Source of the DNA: Eledone cirrhosa
Taxonomy: Eukaryota
NCBI GenBank assembly: GCA_964016885.1
Contig: OZ024745.1
Location: 112,406,001 to 112,470,000, forward strand
Direction: 5' to 3'
Length of the DNA stretch: 64,000 bases
Shown here: positions 1 to 14,078 of the stretch, piece by piece
Layout: each line of letters starts with the position of its first letter
How positions within the stretch are numbered: position 1 is the first letter of the stretch
Program-made: the position numbers and the translations under genes
Notes under the pieces: model-generated
The model's input: the letters and a program-made list of their open reading frames with translations, nothing else
What the model was told of the DNA's origin: nothing
Database searches by the model: none

Positions 1-1528
1 TAAGATGGAAGTGCTGTTTGTTCGTTTTTCAGCTTTGTTTTATCACTTTTGAAGTCAACTTTTAAGATTGCAAATGAATATTCAATATAACCACTCTTGA
101 TGTCTTATAAATCATTTTTTTTTAAAGAAAAGGAAACGGAAATACACAGCTTCATTTAAATAACTGATAATAACTGTTTAATTATTCAAACTCTCACAAA
201 TCTGCATTAATTTTCTGCCTAATAATTGGAATATTTTAGAACCAAAAAGCTGATTTATCATAATAAACTCCACAACCATACAATCAATTAGATATGTAAA
301 TAGTTCATCAATAAATTATGCAAATATTTAAGTCCTATTTTATTTACGTTCCCTATTAGGATGTTATTCCCCAATTGTTTTGAAATTTACTATTTTATTG
401 GATAAAAGATTTTGAAATTGTTTTATTGAAATTCTCTGGTGAATTTTTTCAAAACAATATAAATGTATAAAAATTAGTTGATTACAATGGAACAGAAATT
501 GTAATTTAAATCTAACCAAATATTTCCCCGTTCGACATCGTTGTTGACCTCGAAGCATAAATCCTATGTTGCCGTATGCTTAAGTTCCACAAACCGTTTC
601 TATCACCACTTAGCTTTCGTATATCTTAACAATATTGTCCAAATATTTTGGTGTAAATAATTTAAAAGAAATTATCGAAAAGTGAATACTATTTTCTGCT
701 GGCTATTGATTCACAACAAACTCTCTGGATAGAGGTCGAAGAGTCTGTGACCACAATGTTGATTTTTATGCGTTACGTTAAATGTAATTAATTTAACGTA
801 TAAAAATAAAATAAACCTCACTAGATTTACTAACACAGAAATAACAATTTTTAGATATTTTATGAAGATATTTGGTAACATTCAAAGAAGAAGAAAAAAT
901 GCAATAATGGTGGCTGTAACGTTGCTTGATTTCTTTCTTCTTAATCTAAGATTTGTATGTGCTGTTCTTATTTCACCATTTAATAACGTAGGTAAGCAGC
1001 TATTTCATTTAGATAACAATCTAGTTTTATAATCTAGATAGTATTAAAGATTTAAAAAAGATTTATCCAATTGTATATACTAAAAGTATATACAATTGGA
1101 TAAATATTTAATAAGTGTATATAAATATGAAATATAAAATATTTCATTTATTATCTCTTCATATGGCATACTGTCATTTTTAAACAAGACACATTTCATA
1201 AAGTTAAATTTCAGTGTTAATATTATAACCCAAATAATAGCATAACCCAAACATCAATTATCAAAGTCATTCAGAATTTCTCTTCAATAAGTTAAAGTAA
1301 ATTAAAACTGACATAATGAAAATATATAGTTATATCTTATGACAGGAAATATGTGAAAATGTTCGAAGTATATAGTAGTAAAATATATAGTAATAAAATT
1401 GGTAAAGAAATTCAAAGCGCAAAGCACTCGGTCCATGGTGCGAGTTTAATGTACTACTAAATTCAATACTACAACGAAGACATAGCTTAACAGAGCTCAC
1501 GATAATACGATTTCCTAAGTAGGTCGCC

Positions 1529-1581
<53 letters not shown>

Positions 1582-1842
1582 TTTCTTTATTAACCACAAG
1601 GGTTTACATAAAGTAGACATTAAGGACAGTGCAGGACAATGCAGGACGGTACAAATGGGCATTTCTGCGTGTAAAAAAAACAAAAACAGAGGATGTAACA
1701 AAAATAACAATGAAAATAACAATGAAAAATTCCCCAATAGGGGGGAGACTTCGGAGGGACATTTGTGGAGAAAGCCCAGTAAAAAGCCACAATGACCCTG
1801 ACCACCAAGGCAAGTGCCCTCTCCCAGTTTTCCACCTTTAGT

Positions 1843-4800
1843 TTACAGATATATACTCAGAGTCGGCCCATTCACTCGGGCCATTCTTGCTTCTCTCACC
1901 CATCTTTCAACAAAATGCTGGGAAGAGAGCACTTCCTTCTCTACTCTGATTTTCCTTTTCAAATGAAATTTGAAAAAGTCAATCAGAGCATCACCGAAGA
2001 GGTAAGTGCTCGTCTTCAGCCCTTTCAAACGTGTCCACCATACTATCTCTTTCGCCATGGCCACCAGACAGATAAAAACTGCCTGCCCTTCCCGGCTAAA
2101 GGAGGAGGGCGGGGCAATCCTCACGATAGACTCAGATGATAGCTGGATCCGTCCTAAACGCGACAGCAGGTGTTCGACATAAACCCACAAGTCAGCAATT
2201 TTCGGACACTGGACGAGTGCGTGCAGGACGGTTTCGTCGCCCTGCGCGCATCTCGGACATGCCCGGCTGACGGCACCTCCATGCCTGTAGAGTTTATCCC
2301 GAACTGGCAAGGCTCCTCGGTAGCACTGCCAGGCCAGAGATTTCTGGAAGTTGTCCATAGGCCCCGGCCCGAAAGTTCTTCCGAAGAGATTGGCTAGTTG
2401 ATTTTCGTCGACGCCTAGAGTTTCCCCAAGTACGTCGTCGCTCTTCCCCTCCACTAATCCTCTATAGAACGCCGAGGTGGAGTTTCCACCGATCACATTG
2501 CCCGATTGGTCGAGGGCTGTGAGCGCCTGAAGACATTCCAGTCTCCAGGCGCTCCCTCTCGGTCTTCGCTTGACCCAGGACTGCAGCTCCGTCAAGGAAA
2601 CGAGCTGGGGAAAAACGCGTCTAGCAAACGGCGACCACACCTGATCACCGTCGAGGAAGAGGTGGAGATGTCGTAGCCTGAGCGCGTGCCTGCGCATCAT
2701 CAGCCACGGCATGCCCAGCCCTCCACGTAGCGGGTCTTGACAACAGATGGACCGCCTGACCATCGGAGCACGTCCCATCCACAAAAAGCGAAAGAGCAAA
2801 CGCTCCAGCGCAGTCAGGCGAGGCTTAGGACAAGGTACGACGGTTAGGCGGTAGCAGATGACAGACGCGATGTACGCGTTAGCCACCTCCGCTCGACCTT
2901 TCAGGGATAGCTTCCTCTCCGCCCATTTCTGGGTGAGAGAAGCCACCCTGCTCGTCACCTCGTCCCAGTTTTTGTCCGTCTGGAGGTCCGGACCGAACCA
3001 GACCCCTAGCAATTTAACCGGTCCGTCCGTCCAGCGCCCGACGACGCTGTTGGACGGCATGGACCTGCCTCTCCAGGTGCCGAGCTGCAGGCCCACTGAC
3101 TTTTCCTGGTTGATCATTGCTCCTGTCACCGCTTCGTATTCTCTTAGTGTAGTGCCGATCGCCTCGATGTGTTTGGCGTTCGACACCACTACGGTGACAT
3201 CGTCCGCATATGCTGACACGGATCTTCCGCATCCTAGTTCGCGCGGGACTCCCCTCAACGTCTCCAGTTTGTGCAGTAATGGCTCGAGAGTCAATACGTA
3301 CAAGAGGGACGAGAGGGGACATCCTTGGCGGACCGAGCGCATGATGTTGAACGGTTCCGACAGGTGACCGTTCACTCTCACCACAGAGCAGATGTCGCTG
3401 TGCATGGCAGCGATCCAGCCTCTGAAGACGGGCCCAAAGCCAGCCGCCCTCAGGACTGCCGCTAGGTAACGATGGTCGACCCTATCGAAAGCTTTCGACT
3501 GATCTAAATTGATCAAGGACCCACCCGTGCCAGGTTCCCTAGCTACCCTCTCTACGATGTATCGCATGAGGTGGAGGTTGTCGTGGATGGATCTGTCGGG
3601 AATGGCGCATGTCTGCGCCTCTCCCACCAGACCACCAACGACAAGCGCCAACCTCTTTGCTAGCACCTTGGCCAAAATCTTAAACTCTGTGTTTAGCAGA
3701 GTTATGGGCCGGAAATTGTCTATGTTATCCCCCTTGTTCGGATCCTTTCTCAGCAGTGCCACCGCTCCTCGGCTCACAGAACTGGGAATTCTCCCGTTCT
3801 GTTGCCAGTTGCAGTAGACGTCCGCCAAGAGGCCTCCGAACAAGTCTGGCATCTGTACGTAAAGTTCATAGGGCAGACCATCCAAACCAGGCGATTTACC
3901 CCTTGTGCAGCCAGTCATTGCCTCCCGTACTTCAGCGGCTGTTATCGGCTTTTCGCAACACCTCGCCTCAGTGGCCGAGAGCCGCGGCAGTCCGTCGAGG
4001 TAGACACTAAAGTCCATCCCTCTACCCGGACCCCCGCTGCCCCCGAACAGCTGAGCGAAGTGTCGCTGAAAAGCTTCACACATTTGCCCGGGATCGAGTA
4101 GCATGCGCCCGTCGTGGTCCACCAAAGACCGGATCGTGGCTTTGTTGCCACGACGCGCCTCCGCCACTCGGGCCCATTGAACGGCTTTCGTCCCCTCGTG
4201 TCTGAGAGCACGCACCCTAGCTCTGACAACGCAGCCTTCGTGCTTTGCATTGAAGAATTGGTCAAGGGCCAATTTCGCCGCAAGCACGTCGGTCGCAATG
4301 CCTTTGCTAAGCGCCTCGTCTAATTTTCTAACTAGTTCTCCCTCTGCTCTATTTTTCTCTATTGCTAAAGCCTTACTAAACCTAATCGATTCTATTCTAA
4401 TCGCTCTTTTCAGAGCAAACCACCACTTGTTGTTGACGATGGCCCCCGTCAACGCCCGCTTAACTAGTTCGCTAATCCGGTCTCTGTAGGCCTTGCGCGC
4501 TGGTAAGGACGCGTTTAGCTTCCAGTAGCCGGGTCCTCGTCTATGAAGCCTATCTAAGTCAAGCACACAGGTCACGAATTTGTGGTCCGTGTAGCTGACT
4601 ATCTTGAATTGTGGACAGCCTATGCTAGACCTATCTATTTCCCTACAAAATACTCTATCTAGATATGATCTGGATGACCCTATGCGGTTTGTCCAAGTCC
4701 ACATTGGCACATTCGGGAAATCCAATCGGTACCTGTCAGACAGTTCAAAACGCCTGAGCAGGTTGGTGAGGCTCTTGCACCCTCCACCCCTATCCGCTAA

Positions 4801-5262
4801 TCCCACACAGTCCCAGCGTGCATCTAAGATCCCGTTCCAGTCGCCCACTAACACTAAAGAGCGGGACGTTCCAAGAAAGGTCTCCAGACGCCGGAAGAAA
4901 TCAGGCCGCCCTGCTCCTGTCGGGGCATAGACGGCCACTAGCCTGAAAGCTTGCCCGTCTCCGCTGGTCACGTCCAGCACCACCAGCTTACCCTCTGGGT
5001 CCAGGAAGATGGCCCGTATGGCGAGATCCAAACCTCTCCGAAAAAGCACAGCAACTCCTCCACCCGATCCAGGACGGCTGGGAGATGCGTACACATCGTA
5101 GCCGCCGAAGATCGGTGCGAAGGCCCGTGCTTCGGAGATTCTGGTCTCGCTGATGGCCACTACATCTATGTTTAGTGACCTGAGGTCGTTGAGCAGGTGA
5201 CCCTGCTTCCATGACGACCCCAAGCCACGCGCATTTATGCTGCCTATTCTGAGTGAGGTCAT
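1843..5262 (-). CDS. LINE ORF2: apurinic-like endonuclease + reverse transcriptase + C-terminal CCHC zinc finger (1139 aa)
   Basis: APE motifs SINARGL, SETR, YAP, GDWN, YLDR, TDH; RT motifs KSPGLDG, FRPITLLN, DQSKAFDRVDH, RQGCPLS, YADD; CPRC...ETVLHALVQC; W..R.LSL.GR and GGLG motifs typical of Tx1/L1. Confidence 0.96.
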   Translation of the reverse strand: MTSLRIGSINARGLGSSWKQGHLLNDLRSLNIDVVAISETRISEARAFAPIFGGYDVYASPSRPGSGGGVAVLFRRGLDLAIRAIFLDPEGKLVVLDVTSGDGQAFRLVAVYAPTGAGRPDFFRRLETFLGTSRSLVLVGDWNGILDARWDCVGLADRGGGCKSLTNLLRRFELSDRYRLDFPNVPMWTWTNRIGSSRSYLDRVFCREIDRSSIGCPQFKIVSYTDHKFVTCVLDLDRLHRRGPGYWKLNASLPARKAYRDRISELVKRALTGAIVNNKWWFALKRAIRIESIRFSKALAIEKNRAEGELVRKLDEALSKGIATDVLAAKLALDQFFNAKHEGCVVRARVRALRHEGTKAVQWARVAEARRGNKATIRSLVDHDGRMLLDPGQMCEAFQRHFAQLFGGSGGPGRGMDFSVYLDGLPRLSATEARCCEKPITAAEVREAMTGCTRGKSPGLDGLPYELYVQMPDLFGGLLADVYCNWQQNGRIPSSVSRGAVALLRKDPNKGDNIDNFRPITLLNTEFKILAKVLAKRLALVVGGLVGEAQTCAIPDRSIHDNLHLMRYIVERVAREPGTGGSLINLDQSKAFDRVDHRYLAAVLRAAGFGPVFRGWIAAMHSDICSVVRVNGHLSEPFNIMRSVRQGCPLSSLLYVLTLEPLLHKLETLRGVPRELGCGRSVSAYADDVTVVVSNAKHIEAIGTTLREYEAVTGAMINQEKSVGLQLGTWRGRSMPSNSVVGRWTDGPVKLLGVWFGPDLQTDKNWDEVTSRVASLTQKWAERKLSLKGRAEVANAYIASVICYRLTVVPCPKPRLTALERLLFRFLWMGRAPMVRRSICCQDPLRGGLGMPWLMMRRHALRLRHLHLFLDGDQVWSPFARRVFPQLVSLTELQSWVKRRPRGSAWRLECLQALTALDQSGNVIGGNSTSAFYRGLVEGKSDDVLGETLGVDENQLANLFGRTFGPGPMDNFQKSLAWQCYRGALPVRDKLYRHGGAVSRACPRCAQGDETVLHALVQCPKIADLWVYVEHLLSRLGRIQLSSESIVRIAPPSSFSREGQAVFICLVAMAKEIVWWTRLKGLKTSTYLFGDALIDFFKFHLKRKIRVEKEVLSSQHFVERWVREARMARVNGPTLSIYL

Positions 5263-5297
5263 GTTTAAAATAGAGTGGAAAAGATGGGAAAGACCAC

Positions 5298-7394
5298 TTA
5301 CCGTACTTTTGGTAGAGGAGGGATGGTTTTTACATCCCTTTTCACTTGATCGTCTGGTGAAGGGACCGTTGAATCGTCCCTTCGACTGGTCGTCGGCTCT
5401 TCTAAGAGAATGTCTGAGTATACTCTTCGATTGATGGTTCCTCCTAGGTCCCCGAAATCACCAACTGCGTTGGGGAATTTCGTTTTAATATTTGTGTATT
5501 GTTTCTGTGCTATTTTTAGCAGTCTTATGTTAGTTGGCGTTTTGATTGGTGCTGGTATTATGTAGTCCTGTTGTGAAATGTCTGTGTGTTCAATTATGTA
5601 AGTCATTAGTTTCTTGTTGTGTGTATTTATTGCCGTGCATTTGTTTTTCTGGGGGTGGGGTGTGGTTCTGCTATTTTCTTGTCGTTGTTGCTGGGTGTGT
5701 GTGTTTTGTTGTTGTGTTTGCGATGTTGGTGCTTGTGGTGGTGGTGTTGAAGGTGTTGTTGGCGGTGGGGTTGTCGCCGGTGGTGATGGTGGCGCTAGTG
5801 TGGGTGGTGATGGTGTTGGTGTTGTTGCTGCTGTGGGTCTCTTTGCAGTAGACTTTACCCTTTTCTCATTTCTTTCCTCACTTTTCAAAGGCGACGATGC
5901 GCTGCTTCTGCGTTTGTGCCTTCTTACGACCTTTTGCCATCTCTCTCCCACCTCACACTCCATGTCTGATTCTGTGAGGTCGGGGAGGGGTACCAACTCC
6001 ACTCTTTCACTTGTTGTTGTTGGTGATGTTTGCACTGGAGTCTCTGTTGCAGCTGCATTTGGTATTGCTGTTGTTGTTGTTAGTATTTCCACTGCTGCTG
6101 CTGTTTTTGATTTCCGTGGAGTGGGTATGGGTGCCACGGGCCTATCGTTCCTGGTTGCCGCTTGTCCTGTTGCTGGTAGCCGTGGAGCCGGATTCGGAAG
6201 GAGGGGGGTTTTCTCCTTTCTCAGGGTCTTCTCGTTGCAGAAGGCCCTGAGGTGAGTCTTCGATCCACAGCGAAAGCATTTCGGGCGTTTGCCCTCAACA
6301 CTTATGGGCAGTTGAGTGCCGTTATCGAAGTCTATCACATCCGGGATAGCTTCGATGCACTCCTGGTTGGTTTGGATTAGCATCTCAATGGAGGAGCCGA
6401 CCCAATCTTCTCTTACTTTTTTCTGTACTTGCAGTACAGTTGTTTTGTCCTCGATTCCGACGAGGACAGACGCGGCCAGCCAAGAAGGGGTCATTCCGGG
6501 GGGGACGTGGGTCAGTTTGACCCTCACAATTTTTTGCCCACAGTAGGAGGGCACCAACACCATTTCCTCGCTCCTTAGGGTCACTACTGATTGGGCCTTT
6601 GCCTCCTGGGGTGTGGCAAAAAGTACGTCTACGGTGGCATATTTTTTGCCTCGGGTGATGTGCGTTTTCCGCTGCCACACAGACCCCAAGGCTTTTTGTA
6701 TTTGGGCCTCTGTGGCTCTTTCCACCCTACGGGATTTTGTACTTACTGTACGGTACGTGACCGTACAGTGCTCTTGGGTTTCGAAAAAATTTTTCGCTGC
6801 CTTGCAGATTGCTCGGTGTCCGTTCTTTGTCACCATCTTCTTCGCTTCCTCTAATTCCTCATTTGTTATGAGGATTGTTTCCAAATTTTTCGCAATACCT
6901 GCAAATGAGATTGGTTTTTCTCTGCTGTTGTTGTTGTCGTCAGAGCTGCTGGTACTTTTGTTGTTGCTGCAGGTACTACGACTACTGCCTCCGCCGCTGT
7001 TGCTGTGGTTGTTGTTGGTGTTGCTGCTGCTAATGCTGTTGTTGTTTATGCTGCTGGTGATGCTGTTGCGGCTGCTACTGTTGTTTTCATTGTCACTGTT
7101 GCTGTTGTTATTACGGCTGCTACTGCTATTATTCCTGACGTCAGACGAATGAACTGGGTTTTCGTATTTCCCGCACACCTGTTTCGTCGCTGTCGTCGTC
7201 GTCGTGGAGAAACCTTGCACGCTTTGCACGAGACTTTTCTTTTCTTTCGTCGCTTGCGAAAGAGAAGGGAGGGAGAGAGACACATTTAAAGAAGGGAGGG
7301 AGAGAGACAATCTTCTCTCTGCTGTAGTGATGATTGAGGAAGAAGAAGACGGAATGAGTGGGAGTGACGTATGAAATTTCTTTTTCGTAGCCAT
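5298..7394 (-). CDS. LINE ORF1, gag-like nucleic-acid-binding protein with CCHC zinc knuckle
   Basis: Long ORF directly upstream of ORF2; first ATG at 7394 (MATKKKF); CFRCGSKTHLRAFC fits C-x2-C-x4-H-x4-C; Ser/Asn-rich N-terminus and Pro/Thr-rich C-terminal half. Confidence 0.88.
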   Translation of the reverse strand: MATKKKFHTSLPLIPSSSSSIITTAERRLSLSLPSLNVSLSLPSLSQATKEKKSLVQSVQGFSTTTTTATKQVCGKYENPVHSSDVRNNSSSSRNNNSNSDNENNSSSRNSITSSINNNSISSSNTNNNHSNSGGGSSRSTCSNNKSTSSSDDNNNSREKPISFAGIAKNLETILITNEELEEAKKMVTKNGHRAICKAAKNFFETQEHCTVTYRTVSTKSRRVERATEAQIQKALGSVWQRKTHITRGKKYATVDVLFATPQEAKAQSVVTLRSEEMVLVPSYCGQKIVRVKLTHVPPGMTPSWLAASVLVGIEDKTTVLQVQKKVREDWVGSSIEMLIQTNQECIEAIPDVIDFDNGTQLPISVEGKRPKCFRCGSKTHLRAFCNEKTLRKEKTPLLPNPAPRLPATGQAATRNDRPVAPIPTPRKSKTAAAVEILTTTTAIPNAAATETPVQTSPTTTSERVELVPLPDLTESDMECEVGERWQKVVRRHKRRSSASSPLKSEERNEKRVKSTAKRPTAATTPTPSPPTLAPPSPPATTPPPTTPSTPPPQAPTSQTQQQNTHTQQQRQENSRTTPHPQKNKCTAINTHNKKLMTYIIEHTDISQQDYIIPAPIKTPTNIRLLKIAQKQYTNIKTKFPNAVGDFGDLGGTINRRVYSDILLEEPTTSRRDDSTVPSPDDQVKRDVKTIPPLPKVR

Positions 7395-7648
7395 GTTTTT
7401 TTGTTTAAAATGAAATTTTGGGTACAAAACCCCAATAACTGGTTATTTAACCCCGAAGGGCCAAATAACGGACAGAAAGACCCCTCTCACGAGGAGGAGG
7501 GTGTCTTTATCAACAATTTGGTTCAAGTTTTAAACAATTTACAATTGTTTTAACGGTTAAAAATTACTATACCTTACAGAGCCGAGCCTCCGTCAACCAT
7601 GGCATTCAATAATAATAATAATAATAATAATAAGAAGAAGAAGAAGAA

Positions 7649-7837
7649 TTGTTTCTACTTTTGGCACACGGCCAGCAAATACACCAGTACATTACTGGTA
7701 CTTTATTTTATCGACCCCGTAACGATGAAAGGCAACGTTAACTTCAGCGGGATTTGAACTCAGTTCGTAAAGGGACGTAAATCTTTGCTGGAAAGCATAG
7801 CGTCTGACTCTCTACCGATACTGCCAATCCACCGCCC
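7649..7837 (-). mobile_element. tRNA-derived SINE, family 1
   Basis: Minus strand GGCGGTGGATTGGCAGTATCGG (A box) ... GAGTTCAAATCC (B box), central GCCTTTCATC..GGGGTCGATAAA.AAAGTACCAG block, microsatellite tail; more than 10 related copies in the window. Confidence 0.85.
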
Positions 7838-7911
7838 TGTTAACTTTGCCTTACGGGGTCGATAAAATAAAGTACCAGTAATGCACTGAGATATTTGCTG
7901 ACCTTGTGCCA

Positions 7912-7960
<49 letters not shown>

Positions 7961-7972
7961 TAAATAATAACA

Positions 7973-8010
<38 letters not shown>

Positions 8011-8769
8011 TTCACATAACATTTTATACGTTGGGTATGTAAGTTCTAAATTTAACATATTTACTTTATTCGACAGCAGAGTAAATGTACTTTTTCTAGG
8101 CATGGAGCTGCATAAATGTCATCAATTTGTCTGTTTATCGGTAATTTTGTTCTCTGAAACGATCTGAAAACTATGGATTTATTAATTACTTCATCCTGGC
8201 TTATCCTTTTATTGTTCAACCTTCTATAGCTATTGAGAGTTTAACGACTAATGTTATATTATTGTCATATCATTAACTCTTGAAGTAGATCAGATGTCTT
8301 GATTGTTTTTTTTTATGGCTAGAGTATATAAGCAACATATTGCCAATACTCCATTGAACATCTACGATTTTATATCATCACGGGAGAACATTACGGGGCC
8401 AATGTTCCTGTTGTTTCAAATGGAAGAAAGCGACTGTGTAAGATGTGAAAACATTTGGTGACAAACACAATGACAAGATAAATCATTAGAATACTTAAAA
8501 AACTGAATAATGATTTCATGGCACGGCAAACATTGAATAAACTGTTCAGTTACGGAATAACGAGATAAATGATAGATTTTTGTCTCCTATGAGATATACA
8601 TAATAGACGTAAAAGTTCACATAACAGTGTTGAAAGTTTAATTTTGCCTACAGTGACCGTTGTGATTTTAAGTGTCATGAAGCAGAGTGCATATGAAATT
8701 ACTATGGCCATCCCAATGTCTCTATAGTAGATAGAATGAGAACGTTCATTGTATATTTAAAGACATACT

Positions 8770-8985
8770 TCGCATACACTGCTTGTTCCACCATTTGGTT
8801 GCAAAGTAATCGGAAGGACGTCCGCAAGGTATCCTTGTATTATAGGTAAGCAAGTTTATCGAATTAAATACACTTCAAAATCGTGTGTTCGTCTTTTTCA
8901 GGAACTTTGTAACAAAAATGACGACAGGTTTGAAGGCCTACTGATGTATACAGACGTGCAATGGCTATCTCATGGTAATTGCTTT
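8770..8985 (+). pseudogene. hAT (Buster/Charlie-type) transposase fragment
   Basis: Reads IHCLFHHLVAK then RLFQELCNKNDDRFEGLLMYTDVQWLSHGNC, matching the HC..H and LL.HTEVRWLS.G motifs of Buster-type hAT transposases; disrupted. Confidence 0.75.
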
Positions 8986-9131
8986 TGTCAATTGGAAGAA
9001 TATTTATGTCATTTCGGAATATATATATATATAAAGGTTTACATATATATATAAAGTCATAGATATATATGTGTTTTGCAACGGGTCACGTTGTGGCTCA
9101 ATGAAGAATTAATAAATTAAATAATCAGAGC

Positions 9132-10950
<1,819 letters not shown>

Positions 10951-10985
10951 ATCAATAACAAAGAACGCCTATAGCATATGCATAT

Positions 10986-11043
10986 CTTTACTTGCTAACA
11001 TTGTTTCATCCGCACTATAAGTGGGACTCATCAGAGCATAAAG
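10986..11043 (-). ncRNA. Type I hammerhead ribozyme motif (left arm)
   Basis: Reverse complement of 13053-13110. Confidence 0.8.
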
Positions 11044-13052
11044 GTTAATTACATACCACACAAGCAATAACAAATCCAAGACATTGAAGAAATAAAGAAT
11101 GAAAAATAATAAAAGATAAAAGATATTGAGGAAGTAAAAATAAAAATAAAAATAAAAATAAAAATAAAAATAAACAATGAAAAATAATTGAAAAATAAGG
11201 GGTGCTATCAGTCACAGTTGGGCGGGGTGCTGTCAACATATAGTTACATACAAGCATACACATGGATAAGAGAACAGACAAGAATAGATAAGATAGATAG
11301 GATTAGGTAAGAGTAGATAAAAAATAGGTGAAAAATAGGTAAAAAATAGACTTATAATATATATAAGAAAATATAAAAAAACATACATATAAAATATAAA
11401 ATATACAGATAATAGTGATACAGGGTAAGGAATGAAATAAAATAGAATAAAATAATATAAAATTAAAAGTTTAAGATCTACAGGCTGACTTCTGGGAGCT
11501 CTTGCCCGGGGTTGTAGTCTTTCTAGCACGATTGGCCTTCCATATATTGACGGTCGTTGTTATTATCCCGAAAGTAACGTTTTGGCCCCGATAGCCCTCC
11601 GTAGTTACTAACGGTCTGTATACACTTGAATCGGGCAATGGCACGTGCGGACATGATTATCTCCGTAGGATTTCAATTTGATTTATTTTACTGCATCTCA
11701 TCGTATGTATTTATTTTGAATGTATTATCCGTGGTGGTGGGTCTTGCCTAATGTGGTATTTCTGTGTTTAATATCAGCTTTGACCCGGGTGTCCTACGCT
11801 GTGTGTGTGTGCGTGTGTGTCTGTGTATACATTTATATGTGTATGGGTGTAGGTGGTTGTATATGTCTGTATATAAAAATATATATATATGTATACCGTC
11901 TCTGCATATGCATGTGGTGTGTATATGTGCATATACGTGCTGAACATATTGGTGTGTATAATCTTGAGATGTCCCAATGCGGTGACTTCATGTTATTGGC
12001 TCTTGAAGCTATTTTTTATATATCTTTTATTTTTTATATATCTTTTGTATGCGCTGTTGAGTATGCATATTAACCCGCCTGACCCAACTGTGTCTGCTTG
12101 CTTTCGGCTAGCCCGCCTGCACCTGCTTGCTTTCGGCCCACCTGTCTGCCTCTTGCTGCTGCACGTGAATTCTCCTACCTTCCTTCGATGTACCTCTGTT
12201 GACCATTGGACTCCTGCCCGGGTGTGAACCGGTTTGTGATTACCCCACCGCTCAACTGTGTGAATGCACACCCGTGACTTTCGAGTGAACTTTTGAGACT
12301 GCCTAACCTGGGACGTCTCCATTGCATTGCAATGGTCAAGTGATACTGATAACTGTGACACTTAGTGCCTTCGTGGGCCCCTGATATATTCAAGAAATAT
12401 ATTCTAAAAAAATATATATCTTATCTCAATTTACTTTATTTTATTTTATTTTATTTCATTTCATTTTATTTAATTTTATTTATTTAATTTTATTTATTTA
12501 ATTATATCTTATATTATATTATTTTATTTTAGTTTATTTTATTTTATTTTAGTTTATTTTATTTTATTTTATTTCATCTTATTTTATTATTATATTATAT
12601 TATATTCTATTTTATATAATTTTAATTTTAATTTTATATTATTTTATTCTATTTTATTTCATTCATTACCCTGTATCACTATTATCTGTATATTTTATAT
12701 TTTATATGTATGTTTTTTTATATTTTCTTATATATATTATAAGTCTATTTTTTACCTATTTTTCACCTATTTTTTATCTACTCTTACCTAATCCTATCTA
12801 TCTTATCTATTCTTGTCTGTTCTCTTATCCATGTGTATGCTTGTATGTAACTATATGTTGACAGCACCCCGCCCAACTGTGACTGATAGCACCCCTTATT
12901 TTTCACTTATTTTTCATTGTTTATTTTTCAATGTTTATTTTCATTTTTATTTTTATTTTTACTTCCTCAATATCTTTTATCTTTTATTATTTTTCATTCT
13001 TTATTTCTTCAATGTCTTGGATTTGTTATTGCTTGTGTGGTATGTAATTAAC

Positions 13053-13110
13053 CTTTATGCTCTGATGAGTCCCACTTATAGTGCGGATGAAACAATGTTA
13101 GCAAGTAAAG
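13053..13110 (+). ncRNA. Type I hammerhead ribozyme motif (right arm)
   Basis: ctttaTGCT CTGATGA gtcc-cact-tat-agtg-c-ggat GAAA c-aat-g T T AGCA ag taaag: intact CUGAUGA/GAAA core, stems I and II pair, minimal stem III; predicted cleavage after GUU at 13099. Confidence 0.82.
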
Positions 13111-13240
13111 ATATGCATATGCTATAGGCGTTCTTTGTTATTGATTATATCACGGCTCTGTCCTCAGACATCGAGCTAACCTTATACTGCCTGTTGGATA
13201 AGTGGAGTATTATACACCCCTGATCCTCTCCCTAGTATAC

Positions 13241-14078
<838 letters not shown>

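Larger units (their letters stand above)
1580..7607 (-). mobile_element. Full-length Tx1/L1-clade non-LTR retrotransposon (5'UTR, ORF1, ORF2, 3'UTR)
   Basis: Two long uninterrupted ORFs 35 bp apart; minus-strand AATAAA at 1586-1591 just before the 3' end; (AAT)n on both flanks (1529-1579, 7608-7632); visibly more GC-rich than the flanks. Confidence 0.93.
10951..13145. mobile_element. 2.2-kb non-coding element with ~520-bp terminal inverted repeats, each carrying an outward-facing hammerhead (Penelope-like derivative)
   Basis: 10951-11468 is a near reverse complement of 12626-13145; no credible ORF in the spacer; left end abuts (TA)n. Confidence 0.85.

Noticed and set aside
1-950. Possible decayed transposase on the minus strand
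   Set aside because: Only vague motif echoes; no alignment I can support by eye.
1792-7289. Plus-strand and alternate-frame ORFs overlapping the LINE
   Set aside because: Shadow ORFs of GC-rich or low-complexity coding sequence with no recognisable motifs.
7649-7837. tRNA gene
   Set aside because: A/B boxes are present but followed by a SINE body and tail, and the sequence is multi-copy and diverged.
11469-12625. GIY-YIG or RT coding in the spacer of the 2.2-kb inverted-repeat element
   Set aside because: Short ORFs show no recognisable motifs.
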